A DNA stretch of 64,000 nucleotides, taken from assembly GCF_003334335.1 (NCBI RefSeq), contig NZ_QOWQ01000011.1; one strand, written 5' to 3'. Origin of the DNA: Escherichia coli. GTDB lineage: Bacteria; Pseudomonadota; Gammaproteobacteria; Enterobacterales; Enterobacteriaceae. The notes under the pieces were generated by a model. It had not been told where the DNA came from, did no database searches, and worked only from the letters and a program-made list of their open reading frames with translations. Shown here piece by piece: positions 34,489-46,911 of this stretch (positions are counted from its first letter, which is position 1; every line of letters starts with the position of its first letter). The position numbers and the translations under genes were made by a program.

Positions 34489-35204
34489 TAGCTGGGCCTC
34501 CGCTCAAAACGTGTCGCGCGCAGGTCAATGCGTTTGAGAATGTACTGACTGAGCAGGGTGATCACCAGGTAAATCGCCGCCGCCACAATGTACCAGGTAA
34601 ATGGTTCCTGGGTACGAGTAGCGATGCTTTTTGTTTGCAGCATTAAATCATTCACACTAATCAAACTGACCAGCGCGGTATCTTTCAGCAGCACCAGCCA
34701 CTGGTTACCGAGGCCAGGCAGCGCATGACGCCACATCTGCGGCATCACCAGACGGAAAAAGATAGCCGATTTCGACAGCCCCAGCGCCTGACCAGACTCC
34801 CACTGACCCACCGGCACCGCTTTCAACGCGCCCCGAAGCGTTTGCGAGGCATAGGCGGCATACAGCAGTGACAAAGCGATGACACCACAAAGGAACGGGC
34901 TAACGTCGAAGTTCTCAATGTCCATCTGCACTGGGATCTGCACGAACCCAAGATTGATAGTGAAGCCATCCGAAAGCGTCAGCAGCAGCTGCGAGGAGCC
35001 AAAATAGATAAACAGCACCACCAGAATTTCTGGCAGGCCACGCAGAATGGTTACCAGCGCTGAACCTGCCCACGCGACAGGACGCCATTTTGCCGACTCC
35101 CATACCGCAAAGAACATCGCCAGCGCCAGCCCGACAATCAATGCACAAACGGCAAGGCCGACGGTCATCCCGGCGGCGCTTGCTAAAGGAAAAAATTCAT
35201 TCAT
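34488..35204 (-). CDS. artQ: Arginine ABC transporter permease
   Basis: 238-aa hydrophobic ORF. Confidence 0.93.
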
Positions 35205-35210
35205 CAGGAA

Positions 35211-35942
35211 TTACTTCTGGAACCATTTGTTGTAGATGGTTTCGTAAGTGCCATCTTTCTTCACTTTTTCCAGCGCAGTGTTGAGTTTCTGCTGCAGCTC
35301 AGTGTTGCCCTGACGTACCGCGATGCCGAGGCCAGTGCCGAAGTAATCTTTATCGGTCACTTTGTCGCCCACCGCCGCCAGTTTCGGGTTATCTTTCAGC
35401 CACTCAGTGACCACTGCGGTGTCACCGAAGACGCCGTCGATACGCCCGTTTTGCAGATCCAGTTTTGCGTTCTGGTAGCTGTCATACGGAACGGTAGTGA
35501 TTTCCGGGTGCTTATCCATAATGAATTTCTGGTGTGTCGTCCCGTTCTGTACGCCGACTTTTTTGCCTTTCAGCTGATCAACACTGGTGTATTTGCCTTG
35601 CTGACCCACAAACAGGGCAGAGTTGTCATAGTACGGGGTGGTAAACAGCACCTGCTTTTCACGCTCCGGAGTGATATCCATGCCCGCCATCACGGCTTCT
35701 ACGCGACGGAATTTCAGGCTTGGGATCAGGCTGTCAAACGCCTGGTTAGAGAAAGTGCAGGTTGCATCAATCTCTTTACACAGCGCTTGTGCCAGGTCGA
35801 CGTCAAAACCAACGATCTGGTTGTTTGCATCAATCGATTCAAACGGAGGATAGGAGGCTTCGGTAGCAAAACGAATGGTTTCGGCAGCTGTGGCGGAAAG
35901 ACTAAAACCTGCAATTAACGCGGCAATCAGAACTTTTTTCAT
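35211..35942 (-). CDS. artI: Arginine ABC transporter periplasmic binding protein
   Basis: 243-aa ORF with signal peptide; paralogous to ArtJ (shared motifs SYPPFES, DSYQNA). Confidence 0.93.
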   Translation of the reverse strand: MKKVLIAALIAGFSLSATAAETIRFATEASYPPFESIDANNQIVGFDVDLAQALCKEIDATCTFSNQAFDSLIPSLKFRRVEAVMAGMDITPEREKQVLFTTPYYDNSALFVGQQGKYTSVDQLKGKKVGVQNGTTHQKFIMDKHPEITTVPYDSYQNAKLDLQNGRIDGVFGDTAVVTEWLKDNPKLAAVGDKVTDKDYFGTGLGIAVRQGNTELQQKLNTALEKVKKDGTYETIYNKWFQK

Positions 35943-35959
35943 TGTTGTTATCCCGAATC

Positions 35960-36688
35960 TTAGTGAGAGAGATAGTTTTTAAATGCTTCGGTTTGCGGCT
36001 CGGTAAAGCAGCTCGCGTCGCCTTGTTCTACGATATGACCATTTTCCATATACACCACTCGGCTGGCGGTTTTACGCGCCACTTCAACTTCGTGGGTGAC
36101 GATCACCTGGGTAATATTCGTTTCTGCCAGCTCACGAATGATGCTGACGATTTGTGCCGTAATTTCCGGGTCCAGTGCGGCGGTCGGTTCATCGAACAGC
36201 AGTACCTGCGGTTCCATCATCAACGCACGGGCAATAGCAACACGCTGCTGCTGACCACCAGAAAGATGCAGCGGGTAACGATCGCTATAAGGTTTGAGAC
36301 GCAGACGTTCCAGCAGTTTTTCTGCACGGGCCAGCGCCTGATCTTTACTCAACCCCAGTACACGGCAGGGCGCTTCAATCAGGTTTTGCTGCACGGTCAG
36401 ATGCGGCCACAGGTTGTATTGCTGAAACACCATGCCAACGTTACGACGCAAATCGCGAATCGCTTTGTCAGAGGGTGTTTTGGTGAAATCGAAATGGTTG
36501 CCTGCAATGTTGAGCGTACCGGAGCGCGGCATCTCAAGCAGATTGAGTACACGCAGCAGCGAGCTTTTACCCGCGCCGCTGGGGCCAAGTAACACCAGCG
36601 TTTCGCCCTGTGGGCAATCCAGCGTGATATCGAACAGCGCCTGATGCGCGCCGTAGAAGCAATTAATGCCGTTTAATTGAATACTCAT
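35960..36688 (-). CDS. artP: Arginine ABC transporter ATP-binding subunit
   Basis: 242-aa product from ATG 36688 ([19 protein letters not shown]...); Walker [18 protein letters not shown] signature. Confidence 0.93.
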
Positions 36689-36905
36689 TGACACTCGTAT
36701 ACTGGCAGTCTGATAGCTATTGAGGTCGAAGATAGTACCTTTGACAGAATAATTATGCAATATTTCTGCTTTAAAAGTTAAAAGCAAAGCGCATTATTCA
36801 ATAAACATAGCACAAAATAACGGGGGCGGTGGTCGGCGAGCATAAATGTCGGCATTCCTCACGAAATGCCGGACAATTTACGGGGTTTATTGGTTGATCA
36901 AGGCG

Positions 36906-37421
36906 TTAGCGATTCTCGATGGACTGACGGAGCGTACCCGCCGTGGCATGAACGCTACCGCCTAAGTAACGCACATCGTCGATGACCCAACACTGGCCTT
37001 CCTGAATCATTAACACTTCATCCTGCCAACCCTGGTCACCCTGTTTGAGATCCACGCGCAATGGAATGTTACGGGCATCACGATTAGGGATAGTCGATGC
37101 ACTGGCAACGTGGGCGCTATCTGGCAAGGTGGTTCGACTGGAGAATGGATCGTTGGTCAGTAGTTCCCGATGGTTATTATCCCGGGAGGCATCGCTAAGC
37201 AGTGTCGCCAGTTTGTCGCTCAGATAAGGGCGCAAGGCGGTGATGTCGTTGCTGCGGTGCAAAATGCGGTAGTCATAAAATTGCTGGGCCACGTTATCCG
37301 GGCCTCCTTCAACGCAAGGACCACTGCGTGTGCCGTTATCTTTATAAGCTGGAGTGACTGTGGTGCAGGCACTGAGGAGCAGTGCGCAGGGGATAAGCAT
37401 TGTCAATTTGCTGTAGCGCAT
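36906..37421 (-). CDS. ybjP: Lipoprotein of unknown function
   Basis: 171-aa ORF with lipobox LLSAC at the end of the signal peptide. Confidence 0.88.
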   Translation of the reverse strand: MRYSKLTMLIPCALLLSACTTVTPAYKDNGTRSGPCVEGGPDNVAQQFYDYRILHRSNDITALRPYLSDKLATLLSDASRDNNHRELLTNDPFSSRTTLPDSAHVASASTIPNRDARNIPLRVDLKQGDQGWQDEVLMIQEGQCWVIDDVRYLGGSVHATAGTLRQSIENR

Positions 37422-37546
37422 AATGATTTCCTTATAAGCGATCGCTCTGAAAGCGTTCTACGATAATAATGATATCCTTTCAATAATAGCGTATCAGTCT
37501 GATAATGCTTTTGAGATCGAAGGCTTAGCAAACAAGGAGATCGATC

Positions 37547-37870
37547 ATGCAATTTTCTACAACCCCAACTCTGGAAGGCCAGACCATCGTTGAATATTGC
37601 GGTGTGGTGACCGGCGAAGCGATTTTAGGTGCCAATATTTTCCGTGATTTCTTTGCCGGTATCCGCGATATCGTTGGCGGACGTTCCGGTGCGTATGAAA
37701 AAGAACTGCGTAAAGCACGGGAGATCGCCTTTGAGGAATTAGGCTCCCAGGCGCGGGCGCTGGGGGCCGATGCCGTCGTCGGTATTGATATCGACTACGA
37801 AACGGTCGGGCAAAACGGCAGTATGCTGATGGTTAGCGTCAGCGGTACGGCGGTGAAAACGCGTCGATGA
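37547..37870 (+). CDS. ybjQ: UPF0145 family protein
   Basis: 107-aa ORF ([21 protein letters not shown]...). Confidence 0.88.
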
Positions 37871-38697
37871 GAAGATTCTTCTGGCTGGTCGCTGCCGCTC
37901 TGTTATTGGCAGGGTGTGCAGGCGAAAAAGGCATTGTCGAGAAAGAGGGATATCAGCTTGATACCCGACGCCAGGCGCAGGCGGCGTATCCGCGCATTAA
38001 AGTGCTGGTGATCCACTACACCGCAGATGATTTTGATAGCTCGCTGGCGACACTGACCGATAAGCAGGTCAGCTCGCATTATCTGGTCCCTGCGGTACCA
38101 CCGCGATACAACGGTAAACCGCGCATCTGGCAACTGGTGCCGGAACAAGAACTGGCCTGGCATGCGGGGATTAGCGCCTGGCGCGGGGCAACGCGCCTTA
38201 ACGACACCTCTATTGGCATTGAGCTGGAAAACCGTGGCTGGCAAAAATCGGCCGGAGTGAAATATTTTGCCCCGTTTGAACCGGCACAGATTCAGGCGCT
38301 TATTCCACTGGCGAAAGATATTATTGCCCGTTATCACATCAAGCCGGAAAACGTAGTGGCACATGCGGATATCGCACCGCAGCGCAAAGACGATCCGGGG
38401 CCATTATTTCCCTGGCAGCAACTGGCGCAGCAGGGGATTGGTGCCTGGCCGGATGCGCAGCGGGTTAACTTTTACCTTGCCGGGCGCGCGCCGCACACAC
38501 CGGTAGATACCGCGTCATTGCTGGAGCTTTTGGCGCGCTACGGTTATGACGTTAAACCTGATATGACACCGCGCGAGCAGCGGCGCGTGATTATGGCATT
38601 CCAGATGCATTTCCGCCCGACGTTATATAACGGCGAAGCGGATGCAGAAACTCAGGCGATTGCCGAAGCATTGCTGGAGAAATACGGGCAGGATTAG
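37867..38697 (+). CDS. amiD: N-acetylmuramoyl-L-alanine amidase lipoprotein
   Basis: 276-aa ORF, lipobox LLAGC; ATGA overlap with the ybjQ stop. Confidence 0.92.
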
Positions 38698-39707
38698 CGC
38701 GGCAGTTTTCCGTGGTCGCGTAGCCAGGCGGCAGTTTTCTCGATACCTTCATCCAGGGTGATGACCGGCTGATAACCTAACTCTTCCTGCGCACGCGTAA
38801 TATCTAGCGTAAAGTCAAAATTCAACTTGGAGACGCCGTAGTGGGTCAGCGGCGGCTCTTTTGCTGACTTGCGGCCTAAACGCTCCATGCTGCGGGCGAT
38901 CATATCCAGCATCGGGTAGGGGACGGAACGAATACGACAGTCAATATTCAACTCGTCGATCAGCTTCTGCACGATGCTGCGCAGTGTGCGATGCTCGCCG
39001 TTGGTGATGTTGTACACACGCCCGGAAGGTAGCTTATCGCAGGCTTCCTGGCTTGCCAGCCACATTGCGTGCACGGCATTTTCATAGTAGGTCATATCGA
39101 CCAGCGCACTGCCGCCATGCGGTAACAGAATACTGCCGTAGTGGTGCATCATATGCGCCAGACGGGGAATAAAGACTTTATCGTGCGGTCCGAACAGACT
39201 TTGTGGGCGCAGAATAGTAAAGCGCGTTTGTGGATTCGCCTGCGAAAGCATATTGATCACTTCTTCGCTGGCTGCTTTGCTGCGGGCAAACTCGTTGGCG
39301 AAGCGGTGAGGGCGAAAATCTTCTTTAATATCGCGATGGTGGTGATAATCGAAGTACAGGGAGGGGGAAGAGATATGAATAAAGTTACGCACACCCCAGG
39401 CGACAGCCCATTCACCCAGGCGGCGAGTGGCGCGAACGTTAGCCAGATCGAAAGCCTGTTGTGTCCCCCAGGGTGAGGTAAAGCTGGAGCAGTGCCACAG
39501 CGTATCAATGCCCGCGAGCATCACTTTAGCTTGTGATGAAACCAGCTCGGTCAGATCCGCCGGAACAAACTCTGCGCCCATTTTTTCCAGCAATTTGCCC
39601 ATTGCCTCGTTGCGACCGGTCGCTCGCACGCTGATGCCTTTCTGGCATAAAAACTCTACCGCGTTTCGACCTAAGCCGCTGGTGGCGCCGGTAACCAGTA
39701 CCTTCAT
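38694..39707 (-). CDS. ybjS: NAD(P)-dependent epimerase/dehydratase-family protein
   Basis: 337-aa product from ATG 39707 ([19 protein letters not shown]...), Rossmann GxxGxxG; stop overlaps the amiD stop in a TTAG. Confidence 0.88.
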   Translation of the reverse strand: MKVLVTGATSGLGRNAVEFLCQKGISVRATGRNEAMGKLLEKMGAEFVPADLTELVSSQAKVMLAGIDTLWHCSSFTSPWGTQQAFDLANVRATRRLGEWAVAWGVRNFIHISSPSLYFDYHHHRDIKEDFRPHRFANEFARSKAASEEVINMLSQANPQTRFTILRPQSLFGPHDKVFIPRLAHMMHHYGSILLPHGGSALVDMTYYENAVHAMWLASQEACDKLPSGRVYNITNGEHRTLRSIVQKLIDELNIDCRIRSVPYPMLDMIARSMERLGRKSAKEPPLTHYGVSKLNFDFTLDITRAQEELGYQPVITLDEGIEKTAAWLRDHGKLPR

Positions 39708-39805
39708 ATCAATCCACTGTTGTTGAGAAAATAACGTGCGCATTCTTCCGTGATTTCCCCCATGATGCAATGGGAAACATGAAAGAATAACGCAGGTTTT
39801 GTCGA

Positions 39806-41236
39806 TTAATCTGTGCTTTGTTCTGCCAGTCTGGCGATTTGTTTTGCCATTCCGCGAAAAATAAACAGATGCGCGGGGATCATCAATAACCAGTAAAACA
39901 GCCCCGGCATACCGTGCGGATGCCAGAAAGCGCGGACATCGATAGTACGATAGTCGCCTTTATCTTCCAGGCTAAAACACAGTCGTCCCAGCCCCGGCGC
40001 TTTCATGCCAAATAACAACGTAAGTTGTTTTTCCGGTTCAACGACAATCACTTTCCAGCTATCCACCGCATCGCCAGTCTGTAAATATTCGCGCTCCGGG
40101 CGGCCTTTCGCCAGCTTATGACCGATCGCGCGGTCCATCAACGCCCGTGTCTGCCACAAAATATTGCCAAAGAAATAACGCTCTTTACCGCCGATTTGGT
40201 TCACTACCTGCCATAAAGCAGCAAGGCTGGCGGACGTTTTAACGGTAAACCCCGCCTGTTTGGCAAAATAACCGTACTCCGGTCGCCAGCGGGCAAAGGC
40301 CTGAGCGTCGTAGCCCCAGTCGCTGGAGTTGACCAGTTTTTCCTCCTCTTTCAACGTGCTACGTACCGCGTCATCGAAAGCGATCAGCCGTTGTGGGATG
40401 AGTGCACGTAGCGCGGTATCATCCGCCAGCAGATCGTGTTTCAGCCCCTGAATCAACGCCCTGGCGGTGGTGGGCGGTACGGAAGTAATCACATTGAGAA
40501 ACCACACCGAAATCCAGCGGGTGGGGAGGGGGATGGGGATCAACCAGCGGCGCTTACCGCTCACCGCCATAAAATGTTCAAACTGTTGCTGATAACTGAG
40601 CACCTCTGGTCCGGCGGCTTCGAAGATGCGGTGTTCGCTGGCCGGATGATCTAACAACGCAACCAGATAGTGCAGCAAGTTTTCCAGCGCAATGGGCGTG
40701 GTGCGTGAACGAACCCAGCGCGGAGGCGTTAAGACTGGCAGGTTGTAGACCATATCGCGCATGACTTCGAACGCCGCGGAACCTGCGCCAACGATAATTC
40801 CGGCCCGCAGTTCGGTCACGGGTACATTCGCTTCACGCAGAATGTCCGCCGTAGCCTGACGAGCACGCAGATGATCCGACTGCTCATGTGGCGGGGCCTG
40901 CAACGAACTAAGAAAGATTAATTGCTTAACTGGTACTTCACGTAGCGCATCGCGGACGTTGAGAGCCACCTGGCGCTCCTGAGCGATAAAATCGCCGCCT
41001 TCGCCCATGCTGTGCACCAGAAAATAGACCGTATCGATATCCTGCAACAGGGCCGGTAGGTTATCCGGCCAGCTGAGATCGACTTTATGGCAACTGACGT
41101 TTGCCAGTTGCAGCTTTGCAAGCCTGTCGACATGACGTGCCGCCGCCAGGATCTGATGCCCTTGCTGGCTGAGTGTGCGCACCAGATGCTGACCAATGTA
41201 GCCACTGGCACCGAGAACTAAAATGCGTTGCGGCAC
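39806..41236 (-). CDS. ybjT: NAD(P)-binding protein with C-terminal DUF2867 domain
   Basis: 476-aa product from GTG 41236 ((M)[17 protein letters not shown]...), Rossmann motif. Confidence 0.85.
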
Positions 41237-41246
41237 GTCTCTCTCC

Positions 41247-42248
41247 TTAACGCGCCAGGAATGCACGCCAGTGGGCGGCGACTTCCGCCAGTTGTTCGCG
41301 CGAGACGTCAAGATGCGTCACCAGGCGGACAATCGGCGAGGCGTTAATCAGCACGTTTCTCGCTTTCATGTATTCGCCTAACGCGGCAGCATTTTCTTCC
41401 CCGACGCGAACAAACAGCATATTGGTGTCCTGACGCATCACATCCGCGCCTGCTTCACGCAGCTGCTCCGCCATCCAGGCAGCGTTGTCGTGGTCTTCCT
41501 GCAAGCGCGCAACGTTATTTTTCAGGGCATATATCCCGGCGGCAGCCAGAATGCCGGACTGGCGCATCCCGCCACCTGTCATTTTCCGCCAGCGAATGGC
41601 ACGTTTAATGTAATCACGATTACCGACGAGTAATGAACCGACTGGCGTCCCAAGACCTTTCGACAGGCAAATGGTGAACGAATCACAATATTGCGTGATC
41701 TCTTTCAGTTCGCAGCCGTAAGCCACCACGGCATTAAAGATGCGCGCACCGTCAACATGCAGCGCCAGATTGCGCTCGCGGGTAAATTCCCATGCTTCTT
41801 TCAGGTATTCCCGCGGCAACACTTTGCCGTTGTGGGTGTTTTCCAGACTGAGTAATTTGGTGCGGGCGAAATGGATATCGTCGGGTTTGATTTTCATCGC
41901 CACTTTATCCAGCGGTAGCGTGCCGTCGGCAGCCGCGTCTATGGGTTGCGGTTGAATACTGCCCAGCACCGCCGCGCCACCGGCTTCAAACAGATAGTTA
42001 TGCGCGGCCTGACCGACAATATACTCTTCGCCGCGTTCGCAGTGACTGAGCAGAGCGACCAGGTTGGCCTGAGTGCCGGTAGGCAGAAAAATGGCGGCTT
42101 CTTTACCGGAAAGCTCTGCTGCGTAGTCCTGCAGAGCATTAACGGTAGGGTCGTCTCCGTAAACGTCGTCCCCAACCGGGGCGGCCATCATCGCTTCGAG
42201 CATGGCGCGGCTTGGTCGGGTAACGGTATCACTGCGTAAATCAATCAT
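41247..42248 (-). CDS. ltaE: Low-specificity L-threonine aldolase
   Basis: 333-aa ORF, N-terminus [21 protein letters not shown]. Confidence 0.93.
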   Translation of the reverse strand: MIDLRSDTVTRPSRAMLEAMMAAPVGDDVYGDDPTVNALQDYAAELSGKEAAIFLPTGTQANLVALLSHCERGEEYIVGQAAHNYLFEAGGAAVLGSIQPQPIDAAADGTLPLDKVAMKIKPDDIHFARTKLLSLENTHNGKVLPREYLKEAWEFTRERNLALHVDGARIFNAVVAYGCELKEITQYCDSFTICLSKGLGTPVGSLLVGNRDYIKRAIRWRKMTGGGMRQSGILAAAGIYALKNNVARLQEDHDNAAWMAEQLREAGADVMRQDTNMLFVRVGEENAAALGEYMKARNVLINASPIVRLVTHLDVSREQLAEVAAHWRAFLAR

Positions 42249-42284
42249 GGCATGTCCTTATTATGACGGGAAATGCCACCCTTT

Positions 42285-44003
42285 TTACCTTAGCCAGTTT
42301 GTTTTCGCCAGTTCGATCACTTCATCACCGCGTCCGCTGATGATTGCGCGCAGCATATACAGGCTGAAACCTTTGGCCTGTTCGAGTTTGATCTGCGGTG
42401 GAATGGCTAACTCTTCTTTGGCGACCACCACATCCACCAACACCGGACCGTCGATGGAGAAGGCGCGTTGCAGGGCTTCATCAACTTCAGACGCTTTTTC
42501 TACACGGATACCCGTAATGCCGCACGCTTCGGCAATGCGGGCAAAGTTTGTGTCGTGTAGTTCGGTGCCGTCAGTCAAATAGCCACCAGCTTTCATCTCC
42601 ATCGCCACAAAGCCCAGCACGCTGTTGTTAAAGACGACAATTTTCACTGGCAGTTTCATCTGCACTACTGAGAGGAAATCGCCCATCAACATGCTAAAAC
42701 CGCCATCGCCGCACATGGCGACCACCTGACGTTCTGGCTCTGTCGCCTGCGCACCCAGCGCCTGCGGCATGGCGTTAGCCATCGAACCGTGGTTAAACGA
42801 ACCTAACAGGCGACGCTTGCCGTTCATTTTTAGATAACGTGCCGCCCACACCGTTGGCGTACCAACGTCACAGGTGAAAATAGCGTCATCGGCGGCAAAA
42901 TGACTAATTTGCTGCGCCAGATATTGCGGGTGAATGGCTTTCTCGCTCGGTTTAGCTAAATCGTCCAGCCCTTTGCGGGCGTCGCGGTAATCTTCCAGCG
43001 CTTTATCCAGAAACTTGCGATCGGCTTTTTCTTCCACCAATGGAAGCAATGCACGCAGAGTCGACTTGATATCGCCGACCAGTGCCATATCCACCTTGCT
43101 GTGAGCGCCGATGCTGGCTGGGTTGATATCAATCTGAATGATTTTGGCATCGGTCGGGTAGAAGGCGCGGTAGGGAAATTGCGTGCCGAGTAGCACTAAC
43201 GTGTCGGCGTTCATCATGGTATGGAAACCTGACGAGAAGCCGATTAACCCGGTCATTCCAACATCATACGGATTATCGTATTCGACATGTTCTTTACCGC
43301 GCAGGGCATGAACAATAGGCGCTTTAATTTTCCCGGCAAACTCAACTAACTCTTTATGCGCCCCCGCGCAGCCGCTGCCACACATCAGGGCGATATTGCT
43401 GGAATAACGCAGCAGTTGCGCCAGTTTGCGTAACTCTTCTTCTTCCGGCGTCACGACTGGTTGTGGCGCATGATACCAGTGCATGGTTGCCCCTTCTGGC
43501 GCAGGTTTTAACGCCACGTCGCCTGGTAACACGACAACCGAAACGCCACGGTTAAGCACCGCTTTGCGCATGGCAATCGCCAGTACTTGTGGGATCTGCT
43601 CCGGGCTGGAAACCAGCTCGCAATAGTGACTACATTCGCGGAATAGCTCTTGTGGGTGGGTTTCCTGGAAATAGCCGCTGCCAATTTCGCTGGAGGGAAT
43701 ATGAGCGGCAATCGCCAGTACCGGAACGTGATTGCGGTGGCAATCGAACAGGCCGTTGATTAAGTGCAGGTTGCCGGGGCCGCACGATCCGGCGCAGACC
43801 GCCAGTTCTCCGCTAAGTTGTGCTTCAGCGCCAGCGGCAAAGGCCGCCACTTCTTCGTGGCGGGTGGACATCCACTCGATGGTGCCCATGCGATTAAGAC
43901 TGTCACTAAGACCGTTCAGAGAGTCGCCTGTGACTCCCCAGATGCGTTTCACCCCTGCCGATTCGAGTGTTTTGGCGATATAAGCTGCAACCGTTTGTTT
44001 CAT
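42285..44003 (-). CDS. poxB: Pyruvate oxidase (ubiquinone), TPP/FAD enzyme
   Basis: 572-aa ORF, N-terminus [31 protein letters not shown]. Confidence 0.95.
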
Positions 44004-44135
44004 GGTTCTCCATCTCCTGAATGTGATAACGGTAACAAGTTTAGTTCATCTGACGGAGGGGGAAGGGATGGGAGAGAAAGGAGGCACTAACGGTTAAATA
44101 GCCCGATGAAAGGAATATCATCGGGCATAAGGCGA

Positions 44136-45104
44136 TTATGCGAGAACCAAATCCCCCTGCGGATGGCAGGAGCAGGCCAGTACGTAACCTTCAGCGATTT
44201 CGGCGTCGGTCAGCGTCATTGTGCTGCTCACCGTATATTCACCGGAAACCACTTTTGTCTTACAGCAGCCGCAAACACCCGCACGGCAGGCAGCGACAAC
44301 CGGAACGTTATTGCTTTCCAGCGCCTCCAGTAGCGTGGTGCCAACCGGGGCGTAAAATTCTCGTGCCGGTTGCAGTTTGGTGAATTTCAGACCGCTGGTC
44401 GCCGCTTCTGCTACTGGGGTGAAGAATTTCTCTTTAAAGAAACGCGTCACGCCGAGCGCTTTCACTTCCTGCTCTACCCAATCCATATACGGAGCCGGGC
44501 CGCAGGTCATCACGGTACGTGAAGCTAAGTCAGGTACACCTGCCAGCAGTTCGCGAGTGAGACGACCAGCGATAAAGCCTTCGGTAACGTTATTTTCTGC
44601 CACCAGCGTTACCGGATAGTTACGCCACTCATCGGCGAAAATAACATCCTGCGGCGTACGCACGTTGTAGATCACCCGCACATCGGCCTGTGGACGGTTC
44701 TTCGCAAGCCAGCGACGCATCGACATAATCGGCGTGACGCCGCAGCCTGCCGCCAGCAACAGGAATTTATCTTCTGCTTTATCGTCGCAGGTAAATTCCC
44801 CCATCGCGTCCGAAAGCCAGAGATAATCACCGCGTTTTACATCGCGCGTCAGCCACTGGGAGCCGACACCGTCATCAATCCGCCGCACGGTCAGGGTGAT
44901 ATATTCACTCACGCCTGGCGTGGAGGAAATGGTGTAAGCACGCAGCGTTTCCGCTGAGTTTCGCACGCTGACCAGTGCATATTGCCCGGCGCGATATGGG
45001 TAGTAATCGTGGCAAATCAGGGAAATCGTCCACACATCCGGCGTTTCTTGCGTAATGTGATGAACCTGCATCCGCCACGGGCATTGATTCGTTGGCATCG
45101 TCAT
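44136..45104 (-). CDS. hcr: NADH oxidoreductase for hybrid-cluster protein (FAD/2Fe-2S)
   Basis: 322-aa product from ATG 45104; C-terminal ferredoxin cysteines (CRAGVCGCC). Confidence 0.92.
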   Translation of the reverse strand: MTMPTNQCPWRMQVHHITQETPDVWTISLICHDYYPYRAGQYALVSVRNSAETLRAYTISSTPGVSEYITLTVRRIDDGVGSQWLTRDVKRGDYLWLSDAMGEFTCDDKAEDKFLLLAAGCGVTPIMSMRRWLAKNRPQADVRVIYNVRTPQDVIFADEWRNYPVTLVAENNVTEGFIAGRLTRELLAGVPDLASRTVMTCGPAPYMDWVEQEVKALGVTRFFKEKFFTPVAEAATSGLKFTKLQPAREFYAPVGTTLLEALESNNVPVVAACRAGVCGCCKTKVVSGEYTVSSTMTLTDAEIAEGYVLACSCHPQGDLVLA

Positions 45105-45115
45105 CGACAAACTCC

Positions 45116-46768
45116 TTACGCGCTCAACAGTTGCTTCATGTCTTCTTCAACAGTGGTGATAGAACGCAGGCCGAATTTCTCGTTCAGCACCGCCAGCAGG
45201 TCTGGTGTCAGGAAACCAGGTGCAGTCGGGCCGGTGACGATATTTTTCACGCCCAGAGAAAGCAGCGTCAGCAGAATGACGATCGCTTTCTGTTCAAACC
45301 AGGAGAGCACCAGCGACAGCGGCAGATCGTTGACACCGCAGCCCAGTTTCTCTGCCAGAGTGACAGCCAGAATAATCGCTGAGTAAGCATCGTTACATTG
45401 ACCTGCATCTACCAGACGCGGCAGACCTTCGATATCGCCAAACTCAAGTTTGTTAAAGCGATATTTACCACAGGCGAGGGTCAGGATCAGGCAGTCATCC
45501 GGCACGCTGGTGGCGAAATCGGTGAAGTAGTGGCGCTCGCCGCGTGCGCCGTCACAGCCACCAAGCAGGAAGATATGACGCAGTTTTTCACGGCTCACCA
45601 GATCAATCAGCGTATCAGCAGCGCCAAGCAGCGTCTGGCGACCAAAACCCACGGTGATAAGGTGCGGAATTTCGCTGTACGGGAAGCCTGCCATCTGTTG
45701 CGCCTGGGTGATAACCGCAGAGAAATCATCACCGTCCAGATGACGCACGCCAGGCCAGCCAACAATGCTGCGGGTCCAGATACGATCGTCATAAGCGCCT
45801 ACGGTTGGGTCGATGATGCAGTTCGAGGTCATCACGATGGGGCCAGGGAAACGAGCGAACTCCACTTGCTGATTCTGCCAGCCGCTGCCGTAGTTACCGA
45901 CCAGATGCTTGAATTTACGCAGCTCCGGGTAGCCATGCGCAGGCAGCATTTCGCCGTGGGTGTAGACATTAACGCCCGTGCCTTCGGTCTGTTCCAGCAG
46001 GTTGTAGAGATCTTTGAGATCGTGACCGGAAATCAGAATGCATTTACCCGCCGTCGCTTTGACGTTGACCTGGGTTGGCGTCGGGTGACCGTATTTACCG
46101 GTTTCGCCTGCATCCAGAATGCTCATCACTTTGAAGTTCATCTGGCCGATTTCCATTGAACACTCAAGAAGCGCGTTCATATCGGCAGGCCAGGTCCCCA
46201 GCCACGCCATGATTTTATGGTACTGGGCATAAATATCGTTGTCGTATTGACCGAGAACATGCGCGTGTTCCATATAGGCCGCCGCACCTTTCAGGCCATA
46301 CAGGCACAGCAGACGCAGGCCGAGAATGTTTTCGCCAATCGCCGCTTTATCTTTGTTAGGGGTAAATTCTGCTGCCTGACGTTGCAGCTCGCCGAGATCG
46401 TCGCTCACCAGTTGCAGGTCAGCCATCGGGTTATCGACGCGCGCGTTGGCATCTACAGCCAGGCATTGCGCTTTCAGCGCCTCGCGCAGGGCAATCGCTT
46501 CACGAGCGTAGCCGACAATACGCGGAGAATCGAAGTTAACGTTGGTCAGGGTTGAGAAAAAGGCACGTGGCGCGAAGCTGTCAACATCGTGGTTGATGAT
46601 GCCGTATTCACGCGCTTTTACCGCCCAGGCAGAAAGCCCTTGCAGCGCCGCGATGAGTAAATCCTGAAGGTCAGAAGTTTCCGCCGTTTTACCACACATC
46701 CCCTGCGCGTATGAGCAGCCGTTTCCTGCCGGAGTACGGATAGTTTGTTCACATTGCACACAAAACAT
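45116..46768 (-). CDS. hcp: Hybrid-cluster protein (NO reductase / hydroxylamine reductase)
   Basis: 550-aa product from ATG 46768 ([20 protein letters not shown]...), N-terminal cysteine cluster. Confidence 0.93.
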
Positions 46769-46864
46769 GATCACACCTTTTAAAGTTATATTTAATATAC
46801 ATGTTTAAGGTTAAGACGCTTAACGCGGGGATAAAAGGGATTTTTCATGCAACTTTAAGGGAGA

Positions 46865-46878
46865 TTGATTTAGCGCAA
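46865..46878 (-). promoter_or_regulatory. FNR-like half-palindrome upstream of hcp
   Basis: TTGAT-N4-CGCAA, partial match to FNR consensus TTGAT-N4-ATCAA, about 100 nt upstream of the hcp start codon; hcp is anaerobically induced in K-12. Confidence 0.25.
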
Positions 46879-46911
46879 TTTTGGCGGCAGGGATCTACCG
46901 CCAGAGAGGTA

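Noticed and set aside
45398-46159. 253-aa ORF on the plus strand inside hcp (with similar long antisense ORFs at 35942..36592 in artP, 25305..25829 in rimK, 28455..28943 in potG and 57658..58173 in clpA)
   Set aside because: Each lies fully antisense to a well-supported full-length gene, has no recognisable motif or RBS context, and is the kind of open frame expected by chance opposite coding sequence.
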